DNA of 63,684 nt, filler included. It is 10 parts of 10 records of this genome, joined end to end, with 100 filler letters (N's around TTAATTAATTAA, not from the genome) between each part and the next. Parts side by side here need not be neighbours in the genome. Positions count along the whole stretch, not along the records: positions 38,065 to 44,626 come from SRR31147125_114004; positions 44,727 to 50,015 come from SRR31147125_114096; positions 50,116 to 55,505 come from SRR31147125_114111; 7 more parts are not named here. One strand, written 5' to 3'. The translations under genes were made by a program, and so were the position numbers. Positions 43,793 to 53,830 of this stretch are shown piece after piece (within the stretch, counting starts at the first letter, position 1; each line of letters begins with the position of its first letter). The notes under the pieces are model-generated. The model was given only the letters and a program-made list of their open reading frames with translations, did no database searches and was not told the origin of the DNA.

Positions 43793-44626
43793 TGGGAGCT
43801 TTTCAAACTTTTATCGGACTGGAAATCCATATCCACCTCCTCACAGAATCAAAAGTATTCTGCGGCTGTAAATCGGCCTATGGAGATCCGCCCAATACCA
43901 ATGTCTGTCCCGTATGTCTGGGGTATCCAGGTGTATTACCGGTGGTGAATCGTGAAGCCCTGAAGATGTCCTACATGGTTGGAAAAGCACTGCGGTGTAA
44001 ACTCTCGGAGCATACTGTTTTTGAGCGTAAGAACTATTTCTATCCTGACATGACGAAGAACTATCAGATAACTCAGTTCTCAGATCCGGTAGGTACCGGC
44101 GGTTATTTTGCATTTGAACTGGACGGTAAGTTGAAGCGGGTAAGGATTCATGATATTCATCTGGAGGAAGATGCCGGAAAGATGATTCATGACGGCAGCC
44201 GCAGTTTGCTGGACTACAATAGAGCGGGGACAAGTCTGCTGGAGATCGTAACAGAACCGGACCTCTCAAGCGGTGAGGAAGCAGAGAAATTTCTGCAGGA
44301 TTTCCGCCGACTGGTTCGCTACCTGGGTGTGTGTGATGGGAATATGGAAGAGGGGTCGCTGCGATGTGATGCCAACATTTCCATCAACCGTAAAGGCAAG
44401 GGGCTTGGTACGAAGGTGGAGATCAAGAACCTGAACTCATCCCGCTATGTGAAAAAGGCGATGCAGTATGAGTATAAGCGACAGGCTCGAACTATAAAGA
44501 CCGGCGGCAAAATCATTCAGGAAACACGCCTTTGGAACGAAGAACGCCAGAAAACCCTCAGCATGCGGACCAAGGAAGCAGCCCATGATTATCGTTACTT
44601 CTCTGAACCCGACATTCCCCCTTCTG
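43792..44626 (+). CDS. gatB: Asp/Glu-tRNA amidotransferase subunit B, 3' truncated
   Basis: IGLEIH, RKNYFYPD, HLEEDAGK, GSLRCDAN. Confidence 0.97.
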
Positions 44627-44726
44627 NNNNNNNNNNNNNNNNNNNNNNNNNNNNNNNNNNNNNNNNNNNNTTAATTAATTAANNNNNNNNNNNNNNNNNN
44701 NNNNNNNNNNNNNNNNNNNNNNNNNN

Positions 44727-45200
44727 TTTCAAGTATTGGTTATACCACTCTATCTGCAGTTCAATTCATATGGATTGGTAAACACGTTATCAGCGGTAAT
44801 TCTTCCCCGTTTGGCACTGCCGATAGGTATATTTATTCTGAAGCAATTCTTTGAAGGAATACCCCTAGACCTTGAGGAAGCAGCTTTTATCGACGGGGCA
44901 ACTAGATTTACCATTTTCACAACAATTATAATCCCCTTGGGTAAAGCAGCATTGGCGACAGTTATTATTCTCTCATTTATCAATGCCTGGAATGATTTTC
45001 TCTGGCCGCTGATTGCGATATCTGACACAGCAAAATATACCATAACCGTAGGAATCGCCAATTTTCAGGGAGTGCATGGAACGGAATATTCGCTGATTAT
45101 GTCGGGGGCCATGATTGCATCGATCCCGCAATTCATATTCTACATAATATTCAGAAGAAAAATTGTTGCGGGTATTGCCATGACAGGAATAAAAGGATGA
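44727..45200 (+). CDS. Carbohydrate ABC transporter permease (MalG type), 5' truncated
   Basis: EAA loop LEEAAFIDGA, WNDFLWP. Confidence 0.92.
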   Translation, partial: FQVLVIPLYLQFNSYGLVNTLSAVILPRLALPIGIFILKQFFEGIPLDLEEAAFIDGATRFTIFTTIIIPLGKAALATVIILSFINAWNDFLWPLIAISDTAKYTITVGIANFQGVHGTEYSLIMSGAMIASIPQFIFYIIFRRKIVAGIAMTGIKG

Positions 45201-47250
45201 TCAGGAAAACAAGCAGTACCGCTGTCACAATATGTAACCCGAAAAGTGAAAACGATAAAATTCTCAATACGTATGTCATAGATTACAACGGGAAGGAACT
45301 ATATCCAGAAAATATTGAAATTGAGAACAACCACGTGACAGCCATATTTGCGGTTGGAGTCGTTGTGGACGCTATTGACATTAGTGATGACTTTATTGTT
45401 TTGGAGCGCACATGGACTCTTACAGAAGGTGGTGCGTATCGTTTGAAAGGAGTTTTCTATCCCGGTGGCGAGTATGATAAGTTGTTCATTCCGGCTGTAT
45501 CATTTCGGGGTAACAATGTTGGTTCTGGATGTTTCCCTCGCGGCGGTTATGAGAAAAAATGGTCCTTTATGGAAGACAGGACCCCGGTACCAGCTTGTCA
45601 GCATATATACAGCGATACAAAAGCAATTGGGTTTGCCGTAGATCCGGCAGGAAACACGTCTGAGATGATGAGTGCCTCCACCTCTGTCGATGAAATTGAC
45701 AGAGGCAGTATTAAAATAGAGATACTGCTGCCTGGAGAGGAAGGCCCTCTGGTTTATACCGGAAAACATTCTACCGAGCAGAAACCTGCTCCAGAGGATG
45801 CATCATACCTGATTGTCGACCATAGCAAAACGGAAATCTCTTATCGACGGATATTTTACATCAGTTTCACCAATATTGCTCAATCATCGGTATTCTTCAG
45901 TCATCGAAGCCTGCTGGAAAAGCTGAACAGCAACAACTTCCCGCAAACCGGCCATAGTGCACTGCCGAATTGGCAAACCTACTATGATCTGAAAATAGAA
46001 CACCTGAAAAGTCTGATATCGTGGCATCCGGAATACAAACTGCCGTATATAGCAATGGGAAGAGGTAATGGTGAACTCCAGCCGATTTATGACTTTACAT
46101 CCGCATCCTTTCTGGTAAAAAGTATTGAGGGAGCTTGGATTCTGGCGGAATATGCAAACAGCAATCCGAATAGAACCGATTATCTGAAGACAGCCGAAGG
46201 AATAGGGCGGTTTTTCCTGTATGGAGAGAAAGCACCCGGAGTACACCAGGACTGTTTTGACCTGCGGACAGGTGACTGGGGAGGTTATTTAGGAATCTCG
46301 GAGCATAATGAGTACCAGCATCTGGTAAATTCAAGATGCAATGGAGAATCCATGAGCTCCTATATACAGCTTTATGAAAACCTTAAAGAGGGGGAGTACT
46401 TGTCCTGAATTTATTGAACTGCCCTGCAGGGTAGCCGACTTCTACCTGAAGCATCAGCTTACGGGATGTAATGCGGGTTCCTTCGGACGTTGGTGGAAAA
46501 CCGACGGTACCCCGGTAAACACTTTGGGAACCAATGGGGCGCATATAGTATCGATGCTTATTAAGTTGGCACATTATTACCATGATAAAAAAAGATTGCA
46601 TTATGGAATAAATTTAGCTGCAGCCTACTATATGAAGCAGGTTGATAACCAGAGTTTTTTTGGAGATACTCTTGATGCTGATGCATATGATAAAGAATCC
46701 GGAGCAGCGCTACTGGCGATGTTCCTTGATCTTTATGCTTATTCTCCCAGGAAAGATTGGTTGACAGCAGCCGAAAAAGCCGCTGAATTTATCATGACCT
46801 GGATATGGCAATACACAATGATATTCCCTAAAGACAGCCCCTTGGAACAGGAACAGTTTAATACCCTCGGTATGACATCGGTATCAGTTGCCCACCATCA
46901 CCTGGATTTTTACGGAATAGCTATTGCCTACGATTTTCTGCGTCTGTGGGAAATTACAAAAAATGATCTGTTCAGGCGCAATGGATTGCGGCTGATGCAA
47001 GCCTGTAAGCAGTTACTCAATGCGGATGGTAGGAAATCTCTGAAGGGTATGGATTTCATTGGATGGCAGCCTGAACAGATAAATCATACAAATTGGGACT
47101 ACTTCGACAGACCCGACAAACGCAAGGGCTGGTTCGACATCTGCATAGCATGGGTGAATACACTCGGTCTTGGAGCTTATTCAAAAATTAAAAAGAGATT
47201 CCCAGATTATATCGAAAGGAAACCAGTACAGGTTGATGTATGGGTAAACC
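45197..47250 (+). CDS. Uncharacterised glycosidase-like protein (split near 46390; true stop uncertain)
   Basis: Two overlapping ORFs joined at a G-run; beta-rich N-half and aromatic helical-hairpin C-half; lies between sugar permease and sulfatase. Confidence 0.55.
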
Positions 47251-48658
47251 GAATATTGTATATATCCTTGCCGATCAGTTACGATACAGCTCCTGTGGAT
47301 TCAATGGTGATAATCTGGCATCGACCCCTAATCTGGATCGTTTTGCGAAAAGAAGCACCAATTTGTGTAACGCAGTCTCTGGAACTCCGGTATGCAGCGC
47401 CTATAGAGCCTCCCTGTTCACAGGAAAATACACTTCAAGTACCGGTATGGTTATCAATGAGCTGCGAATCAATCCCAACCAGCACACCCCTTTGGCGGGC
47501 ATCCTGACCGACCATGGATGGCAAACAGCTTACATTGGAAAGTGGCACCTCTGGGCCAATGAATTGGGAAATCACAGTGCTCCGAAGAATTCATTCGTCC
47601 CCCGCGGACTATATCGGCTTGGATTTGACGGTCTATGGGAAGCATACAATTTTCACCATGAGTATTATAATGGCTATTACCATACCGAATCGCCCGATAA
47701 ACATATGTATGAAGCTTTTGAGCCGGACTGTCAGACAGATAGTGCCGTGAATTTCATCCAAGACGCAGATGAGGACAACCCCTTTTTTCTGTTTCTTTCC
47801 TATGGAACTCCCCATGACCCTTGGAGCAGAGATAATGTTCCTGAACAGTATTTCAATAAATTCGGGAATATCAATTTCCCTTTACCGGAGAATTACTCCA
47901 ATGAACTTGATCCTTATGGGGATGCATGGTCGAATATCGATAAAACAGCGGAGGACATCTGCAACTGGAAGCGTGTCTATTATGCGATGGTTACCAACCT
48001 TGATTACAATATAGGAAGAATCCTGTCGGCACTGCAGGAGAAGAAACTTTTTGACGACACTATCATAATTTTCACCTCCGATCATGGAGAAATGTTTGGA
48101 GCCCACGGCAGGATGAAAAAAAATATTTTTTACGATGAAGCGATCCGCATACCATTTCTGATAAGCTGGCCAAATGGGGATATTCCTGCTAACAACAGCT
48201 GTGATGTATGTCTGAACACTGTTGATATTATGCCAACCTTACTGGGGCTGTGCAGGCTGTCAGTTCCTGAAGACGTTGAAGGGTTTGACTTAAGCAATGT
48301 CCTGCTTGGTGATTACTGTAAAGAACCGGAAGCAGCCTTCCTCCAAAATACCGGGGCTTGTGCGGACTGGCAGAATGGTCATGAGTGGAGAGGGTTAAGG
48401 GATAAGCAATTTACTTATGCTGTCTACAAGACAGATGGAAAGGAATTTCTTTTTAATAATCTAAATGATCCATATCAGTGCTGCAATCTCATACATAATA
48501 CGAACGAAGCAGAACGTCTTGATGCATATAGGTCTCTGATGAAAAAAAAGATGCGGGAAATACATGACACTTTTCCCGATTCTCTCTGGTATAGAGATAA
48601 TTGGATTAAAAATAGATGTATAGTAGAAACAGCAACATCAAATAATTTGGTTGGATAG
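47240..48658 (+). CDS. Formylglycine-dependent sulfatase (Cys type)
   Basis: KPNIVYILADQ, CSAYRASLFTG, GKWHL, TSDHG. Confidence 0.93.
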   Translation: MGKPNIVYILADQLRYSSCGFNGDNLASTPNLDRFAKRSTNLCNAVSGTPVCSAYRASLFTGKYTSSTGMVINELRINPNQHTPLAGILTDHGWQTAYIGKWHLWANELGNHSAPKNSFVPRGLYRLGFDGLWEAYNFHHEYYNGYYHTESPDKHMYEAFEPDCQTDSAVNFIQDADEDNPFFLFLSYGTPHDPWSRDNVPEQYFNKFGNINFPLPENYSNELDPYGDAWSNIDKTAEDICNWKRVYYAMVTNLDYNIGRILSALQEKKLFDDTIIIFTSDHGEMFGAHGRMKKNIFYDEAIRIPFLISWPNGDIPANNSCDVCLNTVDIMPTLLGLCRLSVPEDVEGFDLSNVLLGDYCKEPEAAFLQNTGACADWQNGHEWRGLRDKQFTYAVYKTDGKEFLFNNLNDPYQCCNLIHNTNEAERLDAYRSLMKKKMREIHDTFPDSLWYRDNWIKNRCIVETATSNNLVG

Positions 48659-48828
48659 ATTGATTTCTGATTAAAGCATTTTAATCGTATAATACTTGCA
48701 TTTCTTCCACTTGCATTTGGTTCACCGACTCCTATTATATAACCAATCTACTGCTGATAATATCTATCACCCACTGGCAAAATTATGCTACAATAGGGCA
48801 ACAACAGCGCTATTGGGGATTTTATAGA

Positions 48829-49554
48829 ATGGGTGAGCATACAAAAACACTGAATAGAAAACAACGCGTATTAATAGTTGACGATGAAGAGCATATCGTA
48901 CAGATGCTCGATATCAACATGCGGACTCAGGGCTACGAAAGCATCTGTGTCTACAATGGCGAACAAGCCCTGGAAGCCGCAGTCTCCGCTGAACGAAAAC
49001 CCGATATTGTACTGCTGGATGTCATGATGCCCGGCATGGACGGCATCGAAATCTGCCGAAAATTGAAAGAGAATCCCCAGACGCGTGCCATTCCCGTGAT
49101 TATGGTCAGCGCTAAAAGTGAAGAACAGGATAAAATCACCGGACTTGAAGGCGGGGCTGATGATTATGTCACAAAACCCTTTAACCTGCAGGAACTGTTC
49201 CTGCGCATTCGGGCGGCCCTGCGCCAGGTCGACATCCTCTCCGATGCAAATGAGGGCCTGTATCAGCAGGGAAATGTATTACTGGACACAAAAAAATACC
49301 AGGTGACGGTAAACGGAGACCGTCTGGACCTGACCCTTACAGAATTCAGGATGCTGCATATGCTTTTTCAGCAGCCTGGCGTCGTAGTTCCGCGCGATAC
49401 ACTGATCAGAGATATATTTGAACGTGAACCGTCACAGATGGGACGTTCATTAGATGTCCATATGGGTAACCTGCGAAAAAAACTGGATAAAGCGAAAGCG
49501 GCGGACTGCATAATTGAAACCGTACGGGGAGTAGGATATACTCTCGCAACATAA
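48829..49554 (+). CDS. OmpR/PhoB-family response regulator
   Basis: Receiver (VDDE, LDVMMP, KPF) plus winged helix (LTLTEF, TVRGVGY). Confidence 0.95.
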   Translation: MGEHTKTLNRKQRVLIVDDEEHIVQMLDINMRTQGYESICVYNGEQALEAAVSAERKPDIVLLDVMMPGMDGIEICRKLKENPQTRAIPVIMVSAKSEEQDKITGLEGGADDYVTKPFNLQELFLRIRAALRQVDILSDANEGLYQQGNVLLDTKKYQVTVNGDRLDLTLTEFRMLHMLFQQPGVVVPRDTLIRDIFEREPSQMGRSLDVHMGNLRKKLDKAKAADCIIETVRGVGYTLAT

Positions 49555-49575
49555 CCGGAATCCCAGGTAGCACTC

Positions 49576-50015
49576 ATGAAGCAACGAATGCGGTTACTGC
49601 TGATCTCCATTATCGGGGCGGCAGTATTGCTGATACTGTTACTCCTCTATCTCCTTTTTCTCTCTGTAGCCATGGACCTCGTGAAACAGCACGGTTCAGG
49701 CGACATACATCAGCTTACATCGCGAATCTATCTCGCAAATCAGTCCGATAATCTGCAGCCGCAGGATTATCAGTACATAGCCCGCCGCTATGCCGCTGAA
49801 CAATCAATCCATATCATTATCGTGGATATGGACTCAAACCTGCTGGCGGATACAAATCAGGCTGGGCAGTTAAGCGGAAGATATATTAATGCCAATCTAT
49901 CCGAAGCAAAAGAGGGCAGAGTCGTCTCAAGCATTGTCCGCAGTAGATCTACCGGCAGTCTGTATATATCGGTTGGAAAAATTGCAGTAATAGGAGATAG
50001 GGAAATCATTATCTC
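49576..50015 (+). CDS. Probable sensor histidine kinase, N-terminal part
   Basis: TM helix and PhoR-like extracytoplasmic domain following the response regulator; kinase domain not in the window. Confidence 0.6.
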
Positions 50016-50286
50016 NNNNNNNNNNNNNNNNNNNNNNNNNNNNNNNNNNNNNNNNNNNNTTAATTAATTAANNNNNNNNNNNNNNNNNNNNNNNNNNNNN
50101 NNNNNNNNNNNNNNNTAATACTGTTTAATTCAAAATAGAATTTGGAAAAGATTAGAGAATGATTAGATTTCATCTGTTACCGCCAAACTATTAAAAATAA
50201 AGACTATAGATAGCGGATTAAGGGGCATATGGATAATGAATATAACTAATAAGATTCATTTTCTAAATCCAATATCCTGAGAACTC

Positions 50287-50320
50287 GGTAAAAAGGCAGA
50301 TAATAAACCTGCCTTTTACC
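50287..50320. terminator. Intrinsic terminator-like hairpin
   Basis: GGTAAAAAGGCAG...CTGCCTTTTACC near-perfect inverted repeat just downstream of the small minus-strand ORF. Confidence 0.7.
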
Positions 50321-50333
50321 AATAAACATGACT

Positions 50334-50423
50334 TCATTTCTTCCTTCTACGTTTCCTTATCTGCAAATAAACCGGTGCCCCTATGATGAACACACATAGT
50401 CCAATAGTAATGGCAGCCTTCAT
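50334..50423 (-). CDS. 29-aa hydrophobic peptide with basic tail
   Basis: MKAAITIGLCVFIIGAPVYLQIRKRRRKK*; GGAGGT RBS; followed by a terminator. Confidence 0.55.
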   Translation of the reverse strand: MKAAITIGLCVFIIGAPVYLQIRKRRRKK

Positions 50424-50425
50424 TA

Positions 50426-50895
50426 TTATCTACCTCCATTTGTTTCTATTGATATCAGTGCCTCAACCCATTCCGGGTCAAAAATCACATTGCTGTTCTC
50501 TCCTATATACTTAAGTGCAGCCTCTTTACTCCATGCTTTCCTGTAAGGCCGATCATGCCATAACGCATCATACACATCGGCTACTGCCACAACCCGTCCC
50601 TGCAGACTGATATCCATCCCCTTCTTTCCCATATAGCCGCTTCCGTTCCAGCGTTCATGGTGCTCCCATGCTGCAAGAGCGGCATTAGATATTTCCTTGA
50701 TGCTGGATTTTCTCAGCCTCTCATACCCAATCGTGGTATGCGTTTTAATAATGTTCCGTTCTTCCTCCGTCAATGGCGCTGACTTTTCCCATAACCCCGG
50801 ATATTGCCTATCAATCACTTCTTTGCCGACATCATGAAGAAATCCCGCTAGAAACCACGAGAATATTCCATTCTCTAACGCTCGGGTTCTTGAAC
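50426..50895 (-). pseudogene. HD-GYP domain fragment
   Basis: FLHDVGK...HHERWNGSGYMG...DVYDAL...RPYRKAW; in-frame stop shortly upstream of the HD motif and no clear N-terminus. Confidence 0.65.
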
Positions 50896-50969
50896 TGGAT
50901 CATTGGATCGCAAATATTTAATCTGTAGCGGAATTGATTTTTACTAATATTGTTTGATTACCTAAGAAT

Positions 50970-51160
50970 GCATAGGAGATATCAATTAATTTGTTTAGTG
51001 TTAGTCTGGAAATTTCCAATTCATTTGCTAACTGTGTTTATTTATTTCTCGATTCTTATAGCTATTAAAATTTGCCTCAAATTTTGGAATAACTATAGGA
51101 CTCCTACCTTTGCCTTCTCACTTAGCAATTGCAATACCCTCTTTGCCTCTAGAAGAATTT
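50970..51160 (-). pseudogene. Resolvase/invertase-type serine recombinase remnant (C-terminal arm and HTH)
   Basis: KEGIAIAK*EGKGRSPIVIPKFE...YKNREINK/TQLANELEISRLTLNKLI, with one stop and frameshifts. Confidence 0.7.
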
Positions 51161-51225
51161 TTTAATAAAGTACTTAAAAATATTTGATAACATTAATATT
51201 TAAAATCTAATACTTTGATATGGTT

Positions 51226-51412
51226 CTATTTCGCCACATGACACCAATGGCAAGTGGAATAACCGATTGACAAGAATATAGGCTTGTCCTATTTCTTTGC
51301 TTTATCGAAAGCCTCCTGTCCCCAAGGGTACCAATCCACCGGATTATGAGCGTACTGGAGAAGGTACGGTGAGGCTTCGTGTATAAGACGGTTTGCTTTT
51401 TTCAGCTATCAT
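51226..51412 (-). pseudogene. yyaL/DUF255 5' fragment, copy 1 (degenerate)
   Basis: [25 protein letters not shown]...[21 protein letters not shown]; internal TAG and an early frameshift. Confidence 0.88.
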
Positions 51413-51595
51413 AAAATCACTCCAAAGAATAGTATATCATGATTAGGATGCCCTGTTTACAAATTTTTAGTTAGGTAATATAGGGATACTCCAGATCTTG
51501 CTTTGTATTATTATTCTTTGCATGAAGTCAAGTTATTTATGAATACTAGATAGAAAATTATCATTATGCTCCGTGAAAATGAATATAGCTAAAAT

Positions 51596-52377
51596 ATGTT
51601 TAGCCTGATTAAAAAATCAATAAACGCAGTACGGAATAACAAGTTTGTAGTATTGTCTTTAATACTCCTGCTGCTTGTCATACTCGTTGTCGGATTCGAG
51701 CGTTTAGACATAATCTCTTATTCAAACGAAGACATCTCCAAGCCCGGTGTTATCACAGTATGTGAAATTAGTGAATACTACGAAAACGAAGATATAATTG
51801 TGGACATACATCGCCCGAAAATTTCGGGTTTTTCAGATAAGACTTTTGAAAAGTTGTTGAACAAAAGAATAGAAAACTATATATCCACTTATAAGACAAA
51901 TGCTGAATTGTGTTCTTTACACCGTAAAAGCATTGAAACCCGATGTTATTTTTCAGCAAACTATTGGCTCAAATCGTCAGAGGGTATATATTCTCTAAAA
52001 GTGACAACCGAGTTAGATGGGTACTGGATAACCACTTGCCGGTCACAGAATACTACAATATCGATATCGCAAATAATAGATTACTTATTCTTGATAATTT
52101 GTTTATAGATAGATCATACCAAGAAAGATTAAAAGCCTATTTGACTGACGCTATTAAGGAAAGATGGCCGATGTATAAGGATGACTATTACAAAGACAAG
52201 ATATTAGAAAGCGGCATCTCCAATACAGCTAAATTTTTCATACTAAATGGCGGTCTTAATATAGCCTTTGCCAAATATGAGGTTGCATGGGGAACGGTTG
52301 GCGAACCTGAGTTCTCGATTCCGACGGAGGTAATAGAAGATATTCTGAAGCCAGAGTACAAAGAAATAATCAAATAA
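51596..52377 (+). CDS. RsiV/PdaC-like (DUF4163/DUF3298) membrane-anchored protein (indel near 52020)
   Basis: N-terminal TM helix, IHRPKISG...LNKRI, YYNID...LDNLF, FFI...LNIAFAKYEVA...GEPEFSIP. Confidence 0.75.
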
Positions 52378-52440
52378 TTTAGTCAAACACGCTGTGACCG
52401 AAACGGTCGATCTTCAATAACAATAAAATATATACTGGTT

Positions 52441-52629
52441 CTATTTCGCTACGTGACACCAATGGCAGGTCGAATATCCGATGGACAGGAATACCGGCTT
52501 GTCCTCGGCCTTGGCTTTCTCAAACGCCTTATCGCCCCATGGGTACCAGTCGACAGGATTATGGGCGTGCTTGAGAAGGTACGGCGAGGCTTCGTGGATG
52601 AGGCGGTTTGTATGCTTTTCGTTTGGCAT
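52441..52629 (-). pseudogene. yyaL/DUF255 5' fragment, copy 2 (intact 62-aa ORF)
   Basis: [25 protein letters not shown]...[13 protein letters not shown]; full-length family members run to several hundred aa. Confidence 0.88.
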
Positions 52630-52735
52630 CGTTAACTTCACTCCAAAGATAGTATATCATAATTAGGATGCCCTTTTTTACAGAAATTTATGATGCCTAT
52701 AACTTGTTATACTTTGAGTTAAACTGTTCTATCAC

Positions 52736-53830
52736 CTATTCATCAGTTGGCTTTAATGTTTTCTGAATAATATCATAATTGCTTTTAAGCCGCTCATCCT
52801 GTGGACTCATGTTCAGCGCCTGTTTTGCAAAATCTAGTGAAGCCATTTTCAACCCCAGATAGTACGATGAAAGTGCCCCTAAATCGTAAAGAGTATGATC
52901 CCAGCACCATGCGTCATTGATATAAACAGACCGCTCTTTAATACCAAGCGCATCCGACACCATGTGGTATATTCCCTGCCAGTCTTTTTTATCATACATC
53001 AGTTTTGCCATTTCGACATAAGGCTCCCGTAAATGCGGCGTTTCAGCAATGGCTTTATATAACCATGCCTTTGCTTCAGCATAATTCCCTTTTTCCTTAT
53101 ACGCACGTGCAATAAAACGCATGGATGCGCTTCTTTCTTCTTTCCACGTTGAATTTGGAAGCGCCAAATGTTTCTTCAAAGTTACAATACATTTATCCCA
53201 TTTGCCGGTAAACATATATTCTCTGCCCAGGTAATGATAGTTCCTTGGTTCCTCCGGCTTTTCGGAAACTGCCAGCTCAAGCAGGGAAAGGTAATAGCTC
53301 CGGCTTTTGCTGCTATCCGGATAGTGCAGCAACCGAACGTCGTTACACCATACACATTTTTCAGCTTCTTCCCCATTATATTTTAGGCATTCATGTGCGG
53401 GATTGACCCACTCATACCCCTTCCTGTCATGTATACGGTCATAGTAAAAGGTTACGCCCGGCGTACCGTCCGGACGAACACTCCATGTGTAGTGATAACG
53501 GACTCTTTTTGTGCCTTGTGTCCATGCTCTCTCCAGATTTTTACGCCAACCCGGCTCAAACACCTCATCAAGATCGGTGCTGACACATATATCCACATCC
53601 TCCGGAACATGCGCAAGAGCAATGTTACGTGCCTTGTCAAACCGCCAGGGCTTTACTTCATCCCGATATACCACGGCCTCCCTTTTCTTCAGCTTCTCAA
53701 CAGTATTGTCGGAAGACCCTGTATCGGTAACGACCATCATATCGGCTTCAGACATAGAATCGACCCATTTATCAACAAAGATCTCCTCGTTTTTACATAT
53801 CGCATAAACACCTACTATTAAGCCGTTCAT
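52736..53830 (-). CDS. GT2 glycosyltransferase with C-terminal TPRs
   Basis: YAICKNE, DTGSSD, FDKARN, DLDE; TPR-like helices; ATG overlaps the upstream TAA. Confidence 0.9.
   Translation of the reverse strand: MNGLIVGVYAICKNEEIFVDKWVDSMSEADMMVVTDTGSSDNTVEKLKKREAVVYRDEVKPWRFDKARNIALAHVPEDVDICVSTDLDEVFEPGWRKNLERAWTQGTKRVRYHYTWSVRPDGTPGVTFYYDRIHDRKGYEWVNPAHECLKYNGEEAEKCVWCNDVRLLHYPDSSKSRSYYLSLLELAVSEKPEEPRNYHYLGREYMFTGKWDKCIVTLKKHLALPNSTWKEERSASMRFIARAYKEKGNYAEAKAWLYKAIAETPHLREPYVEMAKLMYDKKDWQGIYHMVSDALGIKERSVYINDAWCWDHTLYDLGALSSYYLGLKMASLDFAKQALNMSPQDERLKSNYDIIQKTLKPTDE

Larger units (their letters stand above)
51221..52690 (-). repeat. Diverged direct repeat of about 245 bp (51221-51465 and 52436-52690), period 1215 bp
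   Basis: Both copies contain promoter/RBS, the yyaL 5' end and the tail GCGAAATAGAACCA. Confidence 0.9.

Noticed and set aside
47240-47507. 268-nt same-strand overlap of ORF 46374-47507 with the sulfatase
   Set aside because: The tail has no protein-like features and is probably read-through caused by another indel near the sulfatase start.
51226-52629. Selenocysteine or pyrrolysine read-through explaining the short yyaL ORFs
   Set aside because: The CxxC codons are TGC/TGT, similarity to YyaL already ends two codons before the terminal TAG, and nothing YyaL-like follows.
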